Notes: a model not told the origin generated them from the sequence alone. 64,000 nucleotides of DNA from Gordonia sp. (in: high G+C Gram-positive bacteria) (GCF_052106715.1 NZ_JBQEDL010000013.1:27645-91644), one strand, 5' to 3'; positions 30,332 to 38,740 are shown, counted from the first letter of the stretch. Made by a program: numbers and translations.

Positions 30332-31021
30332 ATGACCGACACGCTGACTTCTCTAGTCCTGGGCCGGGTGGCCGACCCCGCCCGTCCGCTGTTCACGTTC
30401 TACGACGAGGGCACCGGGGAACGCACCGAACTGTCGGCGGCGACCCTCGGCAACTGGGCCGCCAAGATCGCAAACTACCTGCGCGACGAGGTGGGCGTTG
30501 CTCCCGGCGACGACGTCCGCGTCGACCTACCCGAGCACTGGCAGAGCGCAGCCGTCCTACTGGGTGCGTGGTGGGCGGGAGCTCGCGTTCTCGTCGGGGA
30601 CTACGACGGTGACGCCCGGGTGGTGTTCACCACTGCGGGCCGGCTCGATCAGCACGACGCCGACGAGATCGTCGTCGTCCCACTCGACCCGTTCGCGATG
30701 GGGTCCCGGGATCTGCCGATCGGTGTCGACGACTTCGGCGAGTCGGTCCGCGCCCACGGCGACCGGTACTCCCCTGTCGGCGCCGGCGAACTCGCGCTCG
30801 ACGAGGTGCCGACTTCGGCGCTCGCCCGGATCGAGTCGGAGGTTGAGGCGGGTCAACGCGTCGTCTCCACTCGCCCCTGGGACACGGCAGACACGATCGC
30901 AGCCAACTTGCTCGCGCCGTTGCTCGTCGGCGCGTCGCTGGTGTGGGTCCGCGGTGCGGACGATGCGCGTGTCGACGCTATCGCGGCAATGGAGAAGGCC
31001 GGCCGGGTACTCCGCCCATAG
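30332..31021 (+). CDS. TIGR03089-family protein (truncated AMP-binding-like; Rv3268 counterpart)
   Basis: LFTFYDEGTGERTELSAATLGNWAAKIANYL ... LLGAWWAGARV. Conserved position after the LCP gene. Confidence 0.7.
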   Translation: MTDTLTSLVLGRVADPARPLFTFYDEGTGERTELSAATLGNWAAKIANYLRDEVGVAPGDDVRVDLPEHWQSAAVLLGAWWAGARVLVGDYDGDARVVFTTAGRLDQHDADEIVVVPLDPFAMGSRDLPIGVDDFGESVRAHGDRYSPVGAGELALDEVPTSALARIESEVEAGQRVVSTRPWDTADTIAANLLAPLLVGASLVWVRGADDARVDAIAAMEKAGRVLRP

Positions 31022-31036
31022 CGGAGTACCCGGCCG
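31000..31036. terminator. Strong bidirectional hairpin between convergent genes
   Basis: Perfect 15-bp stem GGCCGGGTACTCCGC (31001-31015) / GCGGAGTACCCGGCC (31021-31035), plus one further C-G pair (31000/31036). 5-nt loop. The TAG stop at 31019-31021 lies in the loop and right arm. Confidence 0.75.
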
Positions 31037-31044
31037 CGCATCTC

Positions 31045-32214
31045 TCAGCCGCGAAGCAAACAGCGCGCCCTGACCCTTCGCTGAACCTGGTTGGTGCCCT
31101 CGTAGATCTGGGTGATCTTGGCGTCACGCATCATGCGCTCCACCGGGAAGTCGGTGGTGTAGCCCGCGCCGCCGAACAACTGCACGGCGTCGGTGGTGAC
31201 CTCCATGGCGACGTCGGAGGCCATGCACTTGGACGCCGACGAGATGAAGCCGAGGGGGCCTGCGCCACGCTCGGCACGCGATGCCGCCGAGTACACCATG
31301 AGGCGAGCCGCTTCGACCTTCATCGCCATATCGGCGATCATGAACTCGACACCCTGAAACTTGCTGATGGACTGGCCGAACTGCTTGCGTTCCTTGACGT
31401 AGTCGATCGCGGCGTCGAGGGCACCCTGCGCCACGCCGACGGCCTGTGCGCCGATGGTCGGACGAGTGTGGTCGAGCGTCGCGAGGGCCGTCTTGAAGCC
31501 GGTGCCCTCGTCGCCGATGATCCGGTCGTCGGGAATCGTGCAGTCCTCGAAGTACAGCTCTGCGGTCGGGCTGCCCTTGATGCCCAGCTTGTGCTCGAGC
31601 GGTCCGACGGTGAAGCCGGGGTCGTCCTTGTGGACCATGAATGCGGAGATGCCGCTGGCACCCTTCTCCGGGTCGGTGACCGCCATAACGGTGTACCAGG
31701 CGGACTGTCCGCCGTTGGTGATCCAGCACTTGGAGCCGTTGAGGACCCACGAATCGCCGTCGCGGCGCGCACGGGTCTTCATCGCTGCCGCATCGCTGCC
31801 GGCTTCGCGCTCGGACAAGGCGTACGAGGCCATCGCCTCGCCGGAGGCGATCGATGGAAGGACCTTGGCCTTGAGCTCATCCGAGCCGGACAGGATCAGC
31901 CCCATGGTGCCGAGCTTGTTGACCGCCGGGATCAGCGACGCGGAGACGTCGACGCGTGCGACCTCTTCGATGACGATGCAGGCGGCGAGCGAGTCGGCGC
32001 CCTGACCCTCGAACTGCTCGGGGACGTGCACGGCATTGAAGCCGTTGGCGACAAGTGCCGCGCGAGCCTCCTCGGGGAAACGTGCGTTCTCGTCGACATC
32101 CTTGGCGTGCGGCGCGATCTCCTTCTCGCTCAGTGCGCGGATCGCCTCGCGGAGAGCCTCATGCTCCTCCGGTAGTTGGAAGAGGTCGAAATCGGGGTTT
32201 CCGAACTTGCCCAT
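31045..32214 (-). CDS. fadE25: Acyl-CoA dehydrogenase (FadE25-like)
   Basis: 389 aa. N-terminus FDLFQLPEEHEALREAIRALSEKEIAPHA, and the C-terminal YEGTNQVQR catalytic-Glu region typical of short/medium-chain ACADs. Rv3274c counterpart. Confidence 0.85.
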   Translation of the reverse strand: MGKFGNPDFDLFQLPEEHEALREAIRALSEKEIAPHAKDVDENARFPEEARAALVANGFNAVHVPEQFEGQGADSLAACIVIEEVARVDVSASLIPAVNKLGTMGLILSGSDELKAKVLPSIASGEAMASYALSEREAGSDAAAMKTRARRDGDSWVLNGSKCWITNGGQSAWYTVMAVTDPEKGASGISAFMVHKDDPGFTVGPLEHKLGIKGSPTAELYFEDCTIPDDRIIGDEGTGFKTALATLDHTRPTIGAQAVGVAQGALDAAIDYVKERKQFGQSISKFQGVEFMIADMAMKVEAARLMVYSAASRAERGAGPLGFISSASKCMASDVAMEVTTDAVQLFGGAGYTTDFPVERMMRDAKITQIYEGTNQVQRRVRARCLLRG

Positions 32215-32284
32215 GGATTACTCCTTTGACTGACAACAGCGAGTGTCACTGAGTGCCGCGATAGTGGGAACTTCCTGCAGTTCA

Positions 32285-32995
32285 TCATGGCACTGCGTGC
32301 CAAGTCAATCGATCGCGGACGATGTCGGCGACATCGTCCGCACTGAGGTCTGCGCCGTGAGTGACAACTGTCACCGCGGTCCCCGACGGCGAGTCCGGGC
32401 GGACCCGGTCGACCATCGTCGAGTGGATCCACTGCAGCTCCGCGCGCAGCGCGTCGGCGGTCGCCGCCTGGTCACCCCGGACCATCTGACGCAGCAGATG
32501 GTTGTGCGTGCCAGTCACCGCCGCTGCGTAGGCAACCTGCCTGACGCGCGGCACAGCGGGCAGCCTGCGGCGCAGTGAGTCCTCGAAGAGTCGCTGGTAG
32601 CGATAGGTGGTGACCAGCTCCCGATCACGCAGCGCAGGCACTTGCGACACCACTTGATACCGGCCGACAGCCAGATCGCGGTGCGCGGCGAAATGCGCGA
32701 AGACCTGTTCAGCAGCCACGCAGACCGACCACCATGGATCGGCGCTCGACTCCTCGGCGTCCGCGAGTTGTTCCGCTACGAGCACCAACAGTTGTTCGTG
32801 GTCGGCGAAGATGAAGTCTTCCTTGGAACGGAACTGCCGGAACAACGTGCGCCGTGACACTCCGGCCGCCGCGGCGACCGCGTCGACCGTCGTCGACTCG
32901 TAGCCTTGCTCGGCAAACAGCCGGATCGACTCGGCGACCACCTGCATCCGGAAGTCCGCCGCGTCGGACTCCCCCGCCACTGCGCCCTCACTCAT
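32285..32995 (-). CDS. TetR family transcriptional regulator
   Basis: HTH block LFAEQGYESTTVDAVAAAAGVSRRTLFRQFRSKEDF. Divergent from the hydrolase-GNAT-NMO operon and upstream of fadE25. Confidence 0.85.
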   Translation of the reverse strand: MSEGAVAGESDAADFRMQVVAESIRLFAEQGYESTTVDAVAAAAGVSRRTLFRQFRSKEDFIFADHEQLLVLVAEQLADAEESSADPWWSVCVAAEQVFAHFAAHRDLAVGRYQVVSQVPALRDRELVTTYRYQRLFEDSLRRRLPAVPRVRQVAYAAAVTGTHNHLLRQMVRGDQAATADALRAELQWIHSTMVDRVRPDSPSGTAVTVVTHGADLSADDVADIVRDRLTWHAVP

Positions 32996-33036
32996 GGCAC
33001 CCAGTATCCAACGCCGAGCCGGTGAGGCAAGCTGGT

Positions 33037-33867
33037 GTGGTGGAAATTCCTACCGCCCTCGCCGGATTCGACCGCCACGAGTTCACCCACGAGGCGATCA
33101 CTCACCACTACTATCGCCTCGGCGACGGCCCCGCCGTGATCGTGATCCCCGAGATCCCCGGCATCACTCCGAAGGTCGCCGACTTCGCTCGCCGCGTCGT
33201 CGCGGCCGGGTTCACCGTGTTCATGCCGTCGCTGTTCGGTGTCGACGGTGCCGATCCCAATCCGGCGGAACTGTCCGACCTGCCGCGAGCCGGCGTCGGG
33301 ATGGTGCGCGCGATGGGAAAGGTGTGCGTGAGCCGCGAGTTCACCGTCTTCGCCACCGGCAAGACGTCACCGGTCGTGACCTGGCTGCGTGCGCTCGGCC
33401 GCGCCGCGCACTCCGAGTGCGGGGGCCCCGGCATCGGCGCGATCGGCATGTGCCTGACCGGGGGCTTCGCCCTCGCCATGTCGGTGGACGACGCGATGCT
33501 CGCCCCCGTCCTGTCGCAGCCGTCCCTCCCCTTCGGCGCGACACCCGGTCGGCGCTCCACGATCGACATCTCGCCCCAAGACCTCGCCTGTGTCCGGTCA
33601 CGGTGCCGCGACGAAGGACTGCAAGTGTTGGGCGCTCGATTCCAAGGCGACCGGCTCTCGCCCGGTGGCCGCTTCGATTTCTTGCGCCGCGAACTCGGCG
33701 ACTCGTTCCTCGGCGTCGAACTGCCTGACGACGCGGCGAACCCGAATGCCGCGATCCCGCCGCACTCGGTCGTCACCGAGCACTTGATCGACGAACCCGG
33801 GGAGCCGACTCGCGAGGCGCTCGATCAGATCATCGACTTCTTCCGTCAGAAGCTGGACGTGGCGTGA
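33037..33867 (+). CDS. Dienelactone hydrolase family protein
   Basis: VIVIPEIPGITPKVADFARRVVAAGFTVFMPSLFG and the nucleophile region GAIGMCLTGGFAL. GTG 33037 lies 9 nt after GAGG. The ORF-track start at 32854 would overlap the divergent TetR. Confidence 0.75.
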   Translation: MVEIPTALAGFDRHEFTHEAITHHYYRLGDGPAVIVIPEIPGITPKVADFARRVVAAGFTVFMPSLFGVDGADPNPAELSDLPRAGVGMVRAMGKVCVSREFTVFATGKTSPVVTWLRALGRAAHSECGGPGIGAIGMCLTGGFALAMSVDDAMLAPVLSQPSLPFGATPGRRSTIDISPQDLACVRSRCRDEGLQVLGARFQGDRLSPGGRFDFLRRELGDSFLGVELPDDAANPNAAIPPHSVVTEHLIDEPGEPTREALDQIIDFFRQKLDVA

Positions 33868-34589
33868 CGACGGCTCGATTCAGCGGGAGCGAACCCGACA
33901 CCACCGTCCTCGACGACCCGTTCACCACCGCGCTGCGCGGCCCGCAGTCGCACTTCGCTCGGAGCCTCGGGAACATCGTCACCTTCGAGCCCGACGTGTC
34001 GGTGTTCTACGGTCACCCCCGCGAGATGACCGCGCAGGACTACGTCGACCTCGCCGAGCTGACCGGAGTCGGGCGCACCGCGTCGTTGCGGGATCGCCGG
34101 ACTCCGTTGCCCGACGGAGTCTTCGACGTGGTCGCCGAGATCGATCTCGTGCAGTACCGAGGAGATGCCGCCGTGTCTGCCGCCGATGCCGAGCTGGTCC
34201 GACTCGGCTCCGCGGACGTCCCGGAGATGACTGCCCTCGTCGAACTGACCGAGCCGGGCCCGTTCCTTCCCCGGACGATCGAGATGGGCGTCTACCTCGG
34301 TTACCGCGACCCGAGTTCCGGCCGCCTCCTGTCGATGGCCGGGCAACGCCTGCAAGTGCCCGGGTGGACGGAGATCAGTGCGGTGTGCACCCACCCCGAC
34401 GCGCGTGGACGCGGGCTCGCACGACGGGTCGTGTCGGCCGTCGCTCAGGTGATCGTCGACGCGGGCCATGCACCGTTCCTGCACACGACGGCCGACAACT
34501 CCGCGCGTCACCTGTACGAGAAGATGGGATTCACTCTGAATTCCGAAGCGCCACTGGAGATCCTGCGGGTCAACAAAGGAATGAGATGA
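33864..34589 (+). CDS. GNAT family N-acetyltransferase (FR47-like C-terminal domain)
   Basis: Acetyl-CoA motif A VCTHPDARGRGLARRVVSAV, and LYEKMGF. GTG start overlaps the upstream TGA (GTGA). Confidence 0.75.
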   Translation: MTTARFSGSEPDTTVLDDPFTTALRGPQSHFARSLGNIVTFEPDVSVFYGHPREMTAQDYVDLAELTGVGRTASLRDRRTPLPDGVFDVVAEIDLVQYRGDAAVSAADAELVRLGSADVPEMTALVELTEPGPFLPRTIEMGVYLGYRDPSSGRLLSMAGQRLQVPGWTEISAVCTHPDARGRGLARRVVSAVAQVIVDAGHAPFLHTTADNSARHLYEKMGFTLNSEAPLEILRVNKGMR

Positions 34590-35617
34590 GGTCGCACATG
34601 TACCAGTTCGATGGCCTCGACGTTCCGATCGTCGGCGCCCCCATGGCCGGTGGCGTATCGACGGCGGCACTGACTGCCGCCGTCTCGGAGGCAGGCGGGT
34701 TCGGCTTCTACGGCGGCGCGTACGTGTCTCCGGATGCGTTGGCGGCGACGGTCCGCGAGATCGGCGAGCTCACCGCAAAGCCGTTCGGCGTCAACCTGTT
34801 CGTACCCGAGCAGGTCGACGTCGATCCCGCGGAGTTCGCGTCCTACCGCGCTCGTCTGTCGTCGCTCGCCGAACGCGTCGGCGTCGACCTACCCGAATCG
34901 GTGCCGTTCACCGACGACTCGTTCGACGCGAAGGTGCAGGTGCTGCTCGAGCAGCGTCCAGCCGTGGTGTCATTCACGTTCGGACTCCCGTCTCGTGACG
35001 TGGTCGATAGCTTCCACGCTGCCGACGTCGCAGTGTCCGCCACGGTCACTTGCGTCGACGAGGCCCGACTCGCCGCCGAGCTCGGCGTTGATTCGCTGTG
35101 CGCACAAGGCTTCTCGGCGGGCGGACACCGCGCGACCTTCGCGATCGACGACGTCGATCCAGAGATCGACACCCTCGACTTGGTTCGGGCGGTAGTGGCG
35201 GAGACCGGGCTGCCGACGGTCGGCGCGGGCGGTGTCGCCGGACCCGACGACGTCCGTGCGATCCTGGACGCGGGGGCGGTTGCCGCGCAGGTCGGCACGC
35301 TTTTGCTCCGCACTCGGGAAGCAGGCACCCGACAAGCCCACCGCGACGCGCTCGCGGACCCGCAGTTCACGACGACCGTCACGACCCGGGCCTATTCCGG
35401 ACGCCTCGCCCGCGGCCTGGAGAACGACTTCATCCGCGCGAACACCGACTACGCACCGTCGGTCTACCCTCAGATCAACACGTTAACCGGCGGTATCCGC
35501 AGAGCCGCGGCCGACGACCCACAGGTCATCAACCTGTGGGCAGGTTCGGGTTTTCGCTCCGCACAGGCGATTTCGGCAGCCGATGTCGTCCGCACTCTCG
35601 CTCCCCGCCCCCGCTGA
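34586..35617 (+). CDS. Nitronate monooxygenase (NMO / 2-nitropropane dioxygenase family, FMN TIM barrel)
   Basis: VPIVGAPMAGGVSTAALTAAVSEAGGFGF ... CAQGFSAGGHR ... signature. ATG 34586 overlaps the GNAT stop and lies 4 nt after AAAGGA; ATG 34598 is the alternative. Confidence 0.85.
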   Translation: MRSHMYQFDGLDVPIVGAPMAGGVSTAALTAAVSEAGGFGFYGGAYVSPDALAATVREIGELTAKPFGVNLFVPEQVDVDPAEFASYRARLSSLAERVGVDLPESVPFTDDSFDAKVQVLLEQRPAVVSFTFGLPSRDVVDSFHAADVAVSATVTCVDEARLAAELGVDSLCAQGFSAGGHRATFAIDDVDPEIDTLDLVRAVVAETGLPTVGAGGVAGPDDVRAILDAGAVAAQVGTLLLRTREAGTRQAHRDALADPQFTTTVTTRAYSGRLARGLENDFIRANTDYAPSVYPQINTLTGGIRRAAADDPQVINLWAGSGFRSAQAISAADVVRTLAPRPR

Positions 35618-35705
35618 TCGAACCCCCCCGCTGATCGAACCTCCCCCCGCTGATCGAGCCTGCCCCGCTGATCGAACCTCCCCCCGCTGATCGAGCCTGC
35701 CCCAC
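35611..35705. repeat. Tandem array of five 17-20-nt units (CCGCTGATCGARCC...)
   Basis: GCTGATCGA starts at 35613, 35630, 35649, 35667 and 35686. The first unit contains the NMO stop codon. An inverted copy CGCGATCAGCGG lies at 35735-35746. Confidence 0.9.
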
Positions 35706-35729
35706 GCCGATCGAGCGAAGTCGAGATCC
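35706..35729 (+). repeat. Dispersed 24-nt junction element, copy A
   Basis: GCCGATCGAGCGAAGTCGAGATCC. 20/24 identical to the copies at 38741-38764 and 59892-59915. Convergent spacer. Confidence 0.85.
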
Positions 35730-35739
35730 CCTTGCGCGA

Positions 35740-37935
35740 TCAGCGGATAGGCGACTCATCCACGGGTTCCGTCTCCACGTCGCCGGCTTCCTCGGCGGGC
35801 ACGTACGCGCTACCCAACGCCGGGTGCGGAACTTCGACCATCTCCGCCGTCGTACGCACCGGCTTGATCCGGTCGATGATCGCGACGACGATCAGCGAGA
35901 TCACGCCCCACGCCGCCAAGGTGAGGAGGGTCGACCCGAGCGTGTCTCCGGCGAAGTACAGGATCGACCGCGCGGCTTCGACCGCGGCGCCCATGGGTAT
36001 GACGTCGTGGATCGCCCGGAAGAACGGCGCCTCCATGTACACCGACATCGCGCCGCTCGACGCCGGGACTCCGAGGAACATCAAGATGCCGATCACCGGA
36101 ATGATCGCGAGCATGCCGACGAGTCTCTCGAACACCGTCGCGAACATCGCCACGCAGAAGATCGCTATCGAACCGGTCGCCCACAATTCCCAGCCGTGAC
36201 CGCCCTCGATACTGCCAGTGATCGGACCCGCGATGAGGAGCACCGCAGCAGACATGAACCCCGAGTAGACGCCGACGATCGGCAGTAGCTTCGGCAGTGG
36301 ACGGCTCGCGGGAGCGGCGTTGGCACCGACGATGATCACCATGAATCCGGCCATCAGCCAGCCCATCGCGATGTACATCGTCACGGTCCCCATACTGTCG
36401 CGGTCAGGTAGCGGTGCCACGTCGTCGGTATCGACCGACATGTCTTGAGCCTGTGCGACCTGGGTGAAGATCTGGTCGACGACCTGCGCGGCACTGTTAC
36501 TCGCGGCCTGGTTGGTGAGAACCGTGCCCTGTGGGTTCTCCGCGCTCGGCAGAACGAACGCTCCGACGATGTCACGGTCGGCGACCTGGGCCCGTGCGTC
36601 GTCCGCCGAGCCGATGACACTGATGTCGAACATGCCGGGCATCTGCTTCGACAACCCGTCGGCGACGGCCTGCCCCTGCTGCTCCGACGCCGCCACGACC
36701 GCGACCGGCATGTCCTTCGGCGTGGGTGAGTGCATGGCACCGAGCATCGCGGTGACCATCATGGTCACCATCGCAAGCGGGAAGAACAAGAGTGCGGTGT
36801 AGCGCCAGAACGGGGTGTCAGGCTGCGATGCTCCGCGCAATGACGGGATCGAGACACGGACGGTCGCCGACGCCGACTTGTGGCGTTTACGCCAGTCCGC
36901 CAGCAGGGTCAGGACGAGCCCGGCCACACCGCCGATGCCCAACACCATCAGATGCTTGCCTGCACCGTCACCGCCGAAGTACAACACCGAGCGGAGTGCC
37001 TCGCCGATCGCGGGCAGTGGCAGGAACGAGTGGAAGACGTCGTAGAAGGGCGGTGCCGTATAGATCGAGATGCTGAGGTTGGAACTGGGCATTCCGAGCA
37101 CCATGAGCAGCAGCATCGCGAGCAGGGTGGCCATCGCTCCGAAGATGCGCGTCAAGAACAGTTGAACCATCCCGATGGCGACGACGCCTAGCATCGCGAC
37201 GCCCATCACCGGAAGCAGGTCCCCGGCGGGCACGACGTGCAGGATCGGGCAGGTGATCAGCGCGATGACACCTGCGATGAGCACGCCCCACCCAACCAGG
37301 AGCGGCAGAAATCGTCGGAGTCGCAGCAGGTGCGGCGAGTTCGACAGCATGAACGAGAGAGGTAGGTAACCGGCCATGACGATGGCCGTGGTCATGAACA
37401 TAGCGCCGAGCCCGGCCGAATCACTGGACGGCAACGGCACCAGATCTTCGGTCGCAAGCGTGATCCCTTGGGCGACGGCGACTGGCGTCACCAGCGTGGT
37501 GACGACCGTCGACTGCGACGCGCCCGCGGCCTTCGCGGTGAACAACGTCGCGTTCTTGCCGTCGATGACGACGGCTCCCGCGGCGTCTCGGTCGATCACT
37601 TGCTGACGGGCGCTACCCGGATCGGATTCGGTCGTTATGTCCACCGCATCACCGTCGGCGTGCTTGAGTGCGGTCGCGAACGCTCCGGCGTCCTGCCCCG
37701 ACACGACGAGCGGCATATCGCGGGGCGTCGGTGAATGCATCGCGCCCATGTAGCCCCAGATCATCATGCCGACCAACGCCAACGGCATCAGGAACATGAT
37801 GACGACGCGGACGATCCCTTCGATCTTCGCGCGCTTCGCTGCCGCTGCGGCGTCGTCGATCTCCACAGCCGTGGCCTCAGTGACCGAATCGATCTCGTCG
37901 TGTGGTGCAGGCACTGTGCACTCCCCCTTCGTCAT
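35740..37935 (-). CDS. Internally duplicated ABC-2/DUF3533 (YhgE/Pip-like) integral membrane protein
   Basis: Two homologous halves (aa ~40-375 and ~380-700). Each has TM1, GAMHSPTP[RK]DMP, a ~130-aa extracytoplasmic domain and 5 TM helices ending in ...P[PF]F..[FI]H...P..A..EA.RS[VI]LYF.GD. No ATPase gene is adjacent. Confidence 0.7.
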   Translation of the reverse strand: MTKGECTVPAPHDEIDSVTEATAVEIDDAAAAAKRAKIEGIVRVVIMFLMPLALVGMMIWGYMGAMHSPTPRDMPLVVSGQDAGAFATALKHADGDAVDITTESDPGSARQQVIDRDAAGAVVIDGKNATLFTAKAAGASQSTVVTTLVTPVAVAQGITLATEDLVPLPSSDSAGLGAMFMTTAIVMAGYLPLSFMLSNSPHLLRLRRFLPLLVGWGVLIAGVIALITCPILHVVPAGDLLPVMGVAMLGVVAIGMVQLFLTRIFGAMATLLAMLLLMVLGMPSSNLSISIYTAPPFYDVFHSFLPLPAIGEALRSVLYFGGDGAGKHLMVLGIGGVAGLVLTLLADWRKRHKSASATVRVSIPSLRGASQPDTPFWRYTALLFFPLAMVTMMVTAMLGAMHSPTPKDMPVAVVAASEQQGQAVADGLSKQMPGMFDISVIGSADDARAQVADRDIVGAFVLPSAENPQGTVLTNQAASNSAAQVVDQIFTQVAQAQDMSVDTDDVAPLPDRDSMGTVTMYIAMGWLMAGFMVIIVGANAAPASRPLPKLLPIVGVYSGFMSAAVLLIAGPITGSIEGGHGWELWATGSIAIFCVAMFATVFERLVGMLAIIPVIGILMFLGVPASSGAMSVYMEAPFFRAIHDVIPMGAAVEAARSILYFAGDTLGSTLLTLAAWGVISLIVVAIIDRIKPVRTTAEMVEVPHPALGSAYVPAEEAGDVETEPVDESPIR

Positions 37936-38011
37936 GGCGTCATGGCGTCGTGACCGCGAGCAACCGCACGGACTGCGCGTCGTTCGTCACCGATCCCGCT
38001 ACCCGGACAAC

Positions 38012-38051
38012 ATTAAGACATGTGGCTTAATTCCGCGATTGAATATAATCG
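38012..38051. promoter_or_regulatory. Divergent promoter/operator region: two palindromes and a consensus -10 box
   Basis: ATTAAG-N8-CTTAAT at 38012-38031. CGATT-GAATAT-AATCG at 38036-38051. The second palindrome embeds a perfect TATAAT (38044-38049), 36 nt upstream of the TetR ATG. Locally AT-rich. Confidence 0.55.
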
Positions 38052-38084
38052 AGGACACACCTACTTCGCGAAGACAGGCGGGCG

Positions 38085-38705
38085 ATGGCACATCACGGCG
38101 ACCGCGCACGAGAGACTCTTCTGGACGCCGCCGAAGAGCTTTTCGCGCTGTACGGAATCGATGCGGTGTCCAATCGCAAGATCACCGAACACGCAGGCAC
38201 CGCGAATCATTCGGCGATTGCCTATCATTTCGGGGGACGTGAGGAGATGATCGAGGCGCTACTGAACCGTGGACGGAGCGACATCACCGCACGACGGACC
38301 GCACTCCTCGAGTCGCTGCCAGAGCGTCAGTCCCTGCACGAGATGGTCGGAGCCGGGATCCTGCCGTGGATCGAATACCTCGACTCGCTACCCGTCCCGA
38401 GTTGGCGCGCGCGGTTCACCCACCAGGCGATGTCGGTACCGTCGATCGAGGAGTCGATGCGCAGGACGATCGAGAACAGTGTGCGCTTCGACGCCGCGAT
38501 GTCCAGCACTCCCGAACTCGCGGACGTGCCCAGATCGGTACTCGTCCCGCGGACCCGCATCCTCGCGGCTCTGACCCTGCAACTGTGCGCAGGATACGAG
38601 GCCGACGTCGAAGCCGGAACCGCGAAAGGCGACTGGACCTCGCTCGGCTACTTCATCGTCGACGCCGCGACCGGCATGCTCGCCGCGCCAGTGACTCAGC
38701 TGTGA
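38085..38705 (+). CDS. TetR family transcriptional regulator
   Basis: HTH LLDAAEELFALYGIDAVSNRKITEHAGTANHSAIAYHFGGREEMIEALL. Divergent from the duplicated permease gene. Confidence 0.85.
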   Translation: MAHHGDRARETLLDAAEELFALYGIDAVSNRKITEHAGTANHSAIAYHFGGREEMIEALLNRGRSDITARRTALLESLPERQSLHEMVGAGILPWIEYLDSLPVPSWRARFTHQAMSVPSIEESMRRTIENSVRFDAAMSSTPELADVPRSVLVPRTRILAALTLQLCAGYEADVEAGTAKGDWTSLGYFIVDAATGMLAAPVTQL

Positions 38706-38740
38706 GGCATCCGTCTGCCGACAGTCATACCGAGTTCACC

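Noticed and set aside
35611-35746. Possibility that the short tandem array is a CRISPR array
   Set aside because: The units are 17-20 nt and directly abutting, with no unique spacers. No cas genes are in the window. The array is continuous with a dispersed junction element, so it is a VNTR-type repeat rather than a CRISPR array.
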